A stretch of DNA of 64,000 nucleotides from an archaeon (GTDB lineage: Archaea > Undinarchaeota > CAZHTU01 > JBDRCC01). Each line of letters opens with the position of its first letter. Position 1 is the first letter of the stretch. Under the pieces are notes generated by a model. The model searched no databases, was not told the origin of the DNA, and saw only the letters and a list, made by a program, of their open reading frames with translations. Position numbers and translations under genes: made by a program. Below, one piece after another: positions 58,714 to 64,000 of this stretch. Where the stretch lies: contig JBDRCC010000007.1 in NCBI GenBank assembly GCA_043822065.1, positions 1-64,000 of the forward strand. The letters run 5' to 3'.

Positions 58714-59279
58714 TGGCACAAGGTCCAAGGTACAGGGTAATGTTCAGGAGAAGGCGCAAGGGCAAGACAGACTACACTGCGCGGCTGGGTATGCTTAGGG
58801 GCAACCTCCCGCGATTCGTTGTACGGTCCACGAACAGCAGGATACTCTGCCAGCTAGTTGACTACTCAAAAGAAGGCGACAAGACGACCGCATCCGTTGG
58901 AAGCGACGCCCTGAAGCAGTACGGCTGGAAGGCCGGCGGCGCAAACACATCCGCAGCCTACCTCACTGGCCTCCTGCTGGGAAAGAAGTCCGGCGCCAAG
59001 AAAGCCATACTTGACATCGGGTTGAGCACTTCCGTCAAGGGCGCAAAGGTGTACGCCGCTGCAAAAGGGCTTCAGGACGCAGGCGTCGAAATAGCCATAG
59101 GCGACGTAGTCCCGGACGAATCAAGAATAAGCGGCACTCATGTTCAGGAATATGCAAAATCGCTTCCTGAGGAGGAGCGCAAGAAGCGTTTCTCGCTTTA
59201 CTACAAAAACAGCATAGACCCGACTAAGCTCGTTGACCATTTCAACGCAGTCAAGGTCAAGATAGAAGGTGCAAAATGA
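58713..59279 (+). CDS. rpl18: 50S ribosomal protein L18
   Basis: RRRRKGKTDY, AAYLTG, ILDIGL. Confidence 0.95.
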   Translation: MAQGPRYRVMFRRRRKGKTDYTARLGMLRGNLPRFVVRSTNSRILCQLVDYSKEGDKTTASVGSDALKQYGWKAGGANTSAAYLTGLLLGKKSGAKKAILDIGLSTSVKGAKVYAAAKGLQDAGVEIAIGDVVPDESRISGTHVQEYAKSLPEEERKKRFSLYYKNSIDPTKLVDHFNAVKVKIEGAK

Positions 59280-59950
59280 GGCGCAGACGCTCAAATATGC
59301 AAAAAAGAGGCCCCAGAAAAGACGACGTGGCTGTCGAGTGGATACCAAAAACTGCCCTCGGAAAGCTTGTCAAGGCAGGTGAAATAACCTCTGTCGATGA
59401 GATATTCAAGAAGGGAATCAAGATACGTGAGGCTGAAATAGTCGACCACCTGATCCCAGACATGGAGGAGAGCGTCGTCGGCATTGGAATGGCGTCCAGG
59501 CCTTTTAAGATGGTCCAGAGGATGACTGACTCTGGCAGAAGGAGCAACTTCCTAGTGATCGTCATAGTCGGCAACGGCAACGGGTATGTTGGCCTTGGCC
59601 AGGGAAGGGCAAGAGAATACGGTCCTGCCCTCAGAAAGGCAATACGCAACGCAAAGCTCAATCTCATACACGTTCCTCGCGGCTGCGGCTCATGGGAATG
59701 CGGCTGCGGCGGGGGGCATTCCCTCCCTGTCGGCGTGTGGGGCAAGTCCGGCTCAATACGAATCCACCTCAAGGCGGCGCCAAAAGGGCTCGGCCTTGCG
59801 GCGAACAAGACAAGCTGCATCCTGCTCAAGCTCGCAGGCGTATCTGACATTTGGTCACAATGCCTTGGGCACACAAAATCGCGGGTCAACATGGCGAAAG
59901 CGACCTTCGACGCGCTTAACAACCTAAACAAGGTGAAGAACCTAAAATGA
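59276..59950 (+). CDS. rps5: 30S ribosomal protein S5
   Basis: WIPKT.LGKLV, RMTDSGRR, RGCGSWECGC. Confidence 0.95.
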   Translation: MRRRRSNMQKRGPRKDDVAVEWIPKTALGKLVKAGEITSVDEIFKKGIKIREAEIVDHLIPDMEESVVGIGMASRPFKMVQRMTDSGRRSNFLVIVIVGNGNGYVGLGQGRAREYGPALRKAIRNAKLNLIHVPRGCGSWECGCGGGHSLPVGVWGKSGSIRIHLKAAPKGLGLAANKTSCILLKLAGVSDIWSQCLGHTKSRVNMAKATFDALNNLNKVKNLK

Positions 59951-60384
59951 AGCTGGCAATCGTAAGGATACGGAAGGGGGAGCCGAATCCCACTGCCAGG
60001 ACGACCCTTGAATGCATGAAGCTGACGCGGATTAACAACTGCATAATAATACCTGACACCAAGATTTACCTTGGCATGCTTCAGGCGATAAAGGACTACG
60101 TCACATGGGGTCCCGTGTCCGAAGACGGCATGATGGCGATACTCCCCAGGGCAAAGCCGGTCGGCATGACTCTTGAGGAATATCTCAAGAAAAACAAAAA
60201 GTCACTAAAGGACATTTCTTCTGCACTCCTCACGGACAAGTCCCTCAAGGAGCTCGGGCTCTCGCAGACAATAGGCCTTCACCCCCCGCGGGGCGGGCAC
60301 AAGTCAGTCAAGCGGGCGTACCCAAAGGGCGCGCTTGGCAACAGGAAGGACGCGATAAACAAGCTTCTCGTGAGGATGAGATAA
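59947..60384 (+). CDS. rpl30: 50S ribosomal protein L30
   Basis: KDYVTWG, LHPPRGG. Confidence 0.94.
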   Translation: MKLAIVRIRKGEPNPTARTTLECMKLTRINNCIIIPDTKIYLGMLQAIKDYVTWGPVSEDGMMAILPRAKPVGMTLEEYLKKNKKSLKDISSALLTDKSLKELGLSQTIGLHPPRGGHKSVKRAYPKGALGNRKDAINKLLVRMR

Positions 60385-60396
60385 TTAGAGGTTGAA

Positions 60397-60897
60397 ATGA
60401 CAGTAAAAATACGCTGCAAAAACATAAGGTTCAGGGGATACAGCACCCACGGGTGGGGCCACAAGAAGAAGCACCGCGGAGCCGGAAGCAGGGGCGGTCG
60501 CGGAAGGGCAGGCCTCCACAAGCACAAGTTCGTATACGCACTGGTCAATGGCTTGTTCCACAACGGCAGGCTGGCTGAATTCGGCTTCAAGTCAAAGCCA
60601 GCCCGTGAGGCGGTCCGTGTGATAAACCTGTTCCAGATTGAGGAGCTCGCCAAGGGAAGGCGGGAAGTCGACATCTCAGAGTACGGCTACGCGAAGGTCC
60701 TTGGCCGCGGCAGGCTTACAAAGCCGCTCACAATCAAGGCGGAATACTTCTCCGCGTCTGCAGTTGAAAAAATAAAGGCGGCAGGCGGAAAGGCAGTCGG
60801 CGCAGTCCAGGAAGAGGCGCCGGAGGAAGCCCTGCCTAAAGAGGAAAAGAAGGAAGAGAAGAAGGAATCCAAGCCTAAGGATAAAAAAGTTAAATAG
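60397..60897 (+). CDS. rpl15: 50S ribosomal protein L15
   Basis: THGWG.KKKHRGAGSRGGRGRAG, KVLGRG. Confidence 0.95.
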   Translation: MTVKIRCKNIRFRGYSTHGWGHKKKHRGAGSRGGRGRAGLHKHKFVYALVNGLFHNGRLAEFGFKSKPAREAVRVINLFQIEELAKGRREVDISEYGYAKVLGRGRLTKPLTIKAEYFSASAVEKIKAAGGKAVGAVQEEAPEEALPKEEKKEEKKESKPKDKKVK

Positions 60898-60917
60898 GTT
60901 AACACATCCTACTCAAC

Positions 60918-62312
60918 ATGGGTATTTTAGATTATCTTCCAAAAGTCTCCGAGCCAAAGCGGAGCCTGACCTTCAAGGAGAAGATGAAGTGGACCGGGAT
61001 AATACTTATCCTCTACTTTATACTTGCGGAGGTTACCCTCTGGGGAATTGACCCGACCGCCACAGACTACTTTGAGTCCCTGAGGGCAATAATGGCCGGG
61101 CGGTTCGACTCAATAATCACCCTAGGCATAGGCCCAATCGTGATGGGCTCAATAGTGCTCCAGCTGCTTGCAGGGGCGAAGGTTCTGGAATTCGACCAAT
61201 CAACCTCGGAAGGCAGGGCGCTTTTCCAGGGGACCCAGAAGATTTTCGTCATTGGATTCATAATTTTTGAGGGCTTGGTCTTGGTCCTTTCCGGCCAGGT
61301 GCCGGCGGACCGGGCCCTTGGGGGAATCGCAGTCCCTGCCCTGATATTCCAGATAATGCTCGGCGCCACCCTCATCATGTTTATGGATGAGGTCTGCAGC
61401 AAATGGGGCTTCGGCTCGGGCGTCGGGCTGTTCATCGCGGCAGGCGTCTGCCAGCAGATATTCGTTGGCTCCCTGAACTGGATACCTGCCCACGCCGGCG
61501 AGGCAATACCGGGAGCCATACCATTCGCGCTTACTGCCCTGCGGGAGGGCCAGAGCTTCATGAACGTCTTTGTACGGTCTGGTGCGGGCGACCTCCTTGC
61601 GATATTCTCAACAGTTCTAGTCCTAATAGTCTCCATATACTCACAGGCAATGAAGGTCGAGCTTCCACTCGCCTACGGGAACATCCGCGGAATCGGCAGG
61701 AAATTCCCACTCCCATTCGTCTACGCGAGCAACATGCCCGTCATATTCACCGCCGCACTGCTTGCCAACATCCAGATATGGTTCGGCCTGCTGAACCGCG
61801 CAGGAGTCATCTCCCGCGCAACAATGGAGAAAATCCTGTTCTACCTGCTTCCGCACAGCAATTTTGGCGACCTTCTCGTCCTGCACATCGCCAAGGGCGG
61901 CGGAGTGCTTGGCGCCAGCAACATTATGGCTGCAGTTACCTATACAATCCTTATGGTCGTAGGCTCAATAGTATTCGCTTTCCTTTGGGTAAGCATGAGC
62001 AACATGGATGCAAAGTCCCTTGCTGAGAGGCTCACATCATCCGGCCTGCACAGGCCAGGCTTCCGCAAGGACCCGCGCGTCACAGAGAAAATCCTAGACC
62101 GCTTTGTGCCCCACATAACCCTGCTCGGAGGCGCCTTCGTCGGGCTTCTCGCGGCAGGCGCAACCCTGACCGGCGCTTTTGGAGGTGGCACTGGAGTCCT
62201 CCTTACTGCAGGAATAGTCTACAAGCTCTACGAGGACATAGCAAGCCAGCAGGCAATGGAGTCGCAGCCGTTGCTGAGGAAATTCATGGGCGAAACGTCC
62301 TTTGGAATATAA
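60918..62312 (+). CDS. secY: Preprotein translocase SecY
   Basis: LGIGPIV, KWGFGSGVGLFI, YASNMPVI, GTGVLL. Confidence 0.96.
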   Translation: MGILDYLPKVSEPKRSLTFKEKMKWTGIILILYFILAEVTLWGIDPTATDYFESLRAIMAGRFDSIITLGIGPIVMGSIVLQLLAGAKVLEFDQSTSEGRALFQGTQKIFVIGFIIFEGLVLVLSGQVPADRALGGIAVPALIFQIMLGATLIMFMDEVCSKWGFGSGVGLFIAAGVCQQIFVGSLNWIPAHAGEAIPGAIPFALTALREGQSFMNVFVRSGAGDLLAIFSTVLVLIVSIYSQAMKVELPLAYGNIRGIGRKFPLPFVYASNMPVIFTAALLANIQIWFGLLNRAGVISRATMEKILFYLLPHSNFGDLLVLHIAKGGGVLGASNIMAAVTYTILMVVGSIVFAFLWVSMSNMDAKSLAERLTSSGLHRPGFRKDPRVTEKILDRFVPHITLLGGAFVGLLAAGATLTGAFGGGTGVLLTAGIVYKLYEDIASQQAMESQPLLRKFMGETSFGI

Positions 62313-62313
62313 A

Positions 62314-62790
62314 ATGGGCATAGTATACACCATACTGAATCCTGTCCTGTCCCCCGTCCTCAGCCTTGGGACTATCTGGGCGATACTCACCCTTTCGATA
62401 ATAATCAACCTGATTTCGACATTACTCACCAAGGCCATGGTTGACACCAGGCGGATGAAGGAAATACAGGAGGAGCTCAAGAAATACCGCTCAAAGACAC
62501 TTGCCGCAGCCAAGTCTGGGGAGAAAGCCCAGGACAGTGCAGAGGAGCAGGCAAGGCTCATGGAGATGCAGCAGGAGATGATGAAGCTGCAGTTCCCGAT
62601 GTTCTTCACCATGATACCCATCCTGATAGTGTTCGTCTGGATGCGCGACGCGTTTATTGCAACTGGCGAAGTCATAACCCTGCCGTACACACTTCCAATC
62701 TGGGGCAACACCCTCGGCTGGATAGGGTGGTACATACTATGCTCGCTTCCCATGTCTTTGGTTATACGAAAGGGCCTGAGGGTGGCCTGA
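62314..62790 (+). CDS. EMC3/TMCO1 (DUF106) membrane insertase-like protein
   Basis: TM-coiled coil-TM, GWIGWYILCS; conserved position after secY. Confidence 0.88.
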   Translation: MGIVYTILNPVLSPVLSLGTIWAILTLSIIINLISTLLTKAMVDTRRMKEIQEELKKYRSKTLAAAKSGEKAQDSAEEQARLMEMQQEMMKLQFPMFFTMIPILIVFVWMRDAFIATGEVITLPYTLPIWGNTLGWIGWYILCSLPMSLVIRKGLRVA

Positions 62791-62835
62791 TGGCGGCACT
62801 ACCGTGCGCAACTGCAAACCCAGGAGTGATTTGAG

Positions 62836-63366
62836 ATGCGGATTGCACTTTCCGGCCCGCCTGGCTCAGGGAAAACAACGGTCGGCGAGATTATTGCCAA
62901 GCGGCTAAGCCTAAAATTTATTCCGGCAAGCCAGATATTCAGGGAAATGGCCAAGGAGCAGGGGATGCCGATAGAGCAATTCAACAAGTTCTGCGAGACC
63001 GACAAGGCGTTCGACAAGAAAATGGACGCGTCCCAGAAGAAGTACATGCTACAGGACAACGTTGTCATCGACAGCCGGCTCTCGGCGCACTTCATCACGA
63101 ACGCAGACTTCAAGGTCCACATCCGCGCTGACCTGAAGGAGCGTGCAAGGCGCGTTGCCGGGCGGGACAAAATGCCGCCAGCCGAGGCTGAAAAGAAGAT
63201 AACTGCCCGTGAGGCCAGCGAGCGCGCAAGGTACACGGAATACTACGGCATCGACATAACTGACCTGTCCATATACGACATAGTCCTAAATTCCACAAAA
63301 TGGACCGCTGACGAGGTTGCTGACATCATAGTAACAGCCATCAGACAGAAGGAGGTAAAAAAATGA
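62836..63366 (+). CDS. cmk: Cytidylate kinase (archaeal type)
   Basis: SGPPGSGKTT, IFREMA, RY..YYGIDI.DLSIYD. Confidence 0.92.
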   Translation: MRIALSGPPGSGKTTVGEIIAKRLSLKFIPASQIFREMAKEQGMPIEQFNKFCETDKAFDKKMDASQKKYMLQDNVVIDSRLSAHFITNADFKVHIRADLKERARRVAGRDKMPPAEAEKKITAREASERARYTEYYGIDITDLSIYDIVLNSTKWTADEVADIIVTAIRQKEVKK

Positions 63367-63719
63367 TTGTTGGACAGGTTTGCATAAAGAAAAAAGGCCA
63401 CGACGCCGGTCGCGAGTGCGTCATAATTGAGCTAAAGGAGAAGGAGAACCGCGCCCTAGTAACCGGCCCGAAGGCAGTTACCGGTGTCAGGCGCAGGTAT
63501 GTCAACCTCGCCCACCTAACGCCCACCCAAAAGGCGCTCCAGATTAAGGCGAACGCCTCAGACAGCGAAATAGCGGCGCTCCTCGGCAGGAAGATAACTG
63601 AGCACCCAAAAAAGGAAACGCCAGTAAAAACGGAAGAGAAAAAAGAGGCGCATCCGAAGAAGGCAGAGGCAAAGCCCAAAGCAAAGCCGAAGGCTAAGCA
63701 CAAGGCAAAGAAGAAATAA
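63363..63719 (+). CDS. rpl14e: 50S ribosomal protein L14e with Lys-rich tail
   Basis: VGQVCIK..G.DAG, GVRRR.VN..HL.PT. Confidence 0.9.
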   Translation: MIVGQVCIKKKGHDAGRECVIIELKEKENRALVTGPKAVTGVRRRYVNLAHLTPTQKALQIKANASDSEIAALLGRKITEHPKKETPVKTEEKKEAHPKKAEAKPKAKPKAKHKAKKK

Positions 63720-63721
63720 TT

Positions 63722-64000
63722 ATGGAATGGCAAGTCAAGTCGGAAGCTGAGACCAATCCAGCCTATGGCTGCCTTCCCTCAAAGCGCCCTATAGTGGAAT
63801 ACCTCCGAAACGGGATTATCAACGTTGACAAGGTTGCAGGGCCCACATCCAGGCAGGTTGCGGACTGGGTCAAAAACATCTTTGGCGCCTCAAAGACGGG
63901 GCATTCCGGGACCCTCGACCCAAACGTTACCGGGGTGTTCGTCGTCGCTCTTGACAATGCAACCAAGGCGATACATGTCCTCCTCCACTCCCCTAAGGAA
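63722..64000 (+). CDS. cbf5: H/ACA RNA-guided pseudouridine synthase Cbf5 (3' truncated)
   Basis: GIINVDK..GPTS, GHSGTLDPNVTG. Confidence 0.93.
   Translation, partial: MEWQVKSEAETNPAYGCLPSKRPIVEYLRNGIINVDKVAGPTSRQVADWVKNIFGASKTGHSGTLDPNVTGVFVVALDNATKAIHVLLHSPKE

Noticed and set aside
32437-63966. Many reverse-strand and alternate-frame ORFs across the RNAP and ribosomal operons
   Set aside because: They are shadows of well-supported genes.

Overview
This is an archaeal chromosome segment; a DPANN-like lineage is an inference, based on the split rpoB, unlinked 5S rRNA, intron-containing tRNAs and mostly leaderless genes. The right half (about 32-64 kb) is core informational content: rpoB''-rpoB'-rpoA'-rpoA''-L30e-nusA-S12-S7-EF2-EF1A-S10, surE, and the long L3...secY...cbf5 ribosomal protein superoperon. 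The left half has glnA, asnS, transporters, 5S rRNA, nine of the ten tRNA genes and many accessory genes. Main observation: downstream of tRNA-Tyr (22.4-26.4 kb) is a tandem array of single-gene cassettes (ATP-cone, Acr3, Cys-rich membrane protein, MFS, CxxC-x17-CxxC). Each is closed by a ~37-bp copy of the tRNA-Tyr 3' end, and identity to the tRNA falls stepwise with distance. No integrase is visible in the window. Weaker one-gene versions occur at tRNA-Ser and tRNA-Thr(GGT). Also notable: exact 20-bp 5' duplications with hairpin inserts in front of tRNA-Pro and tRNA-Tyr, and a free-standing LAGLIDADG gene overlapping a two-intron tRNA-Leu. All identities were counted by hand; no database searches were run.
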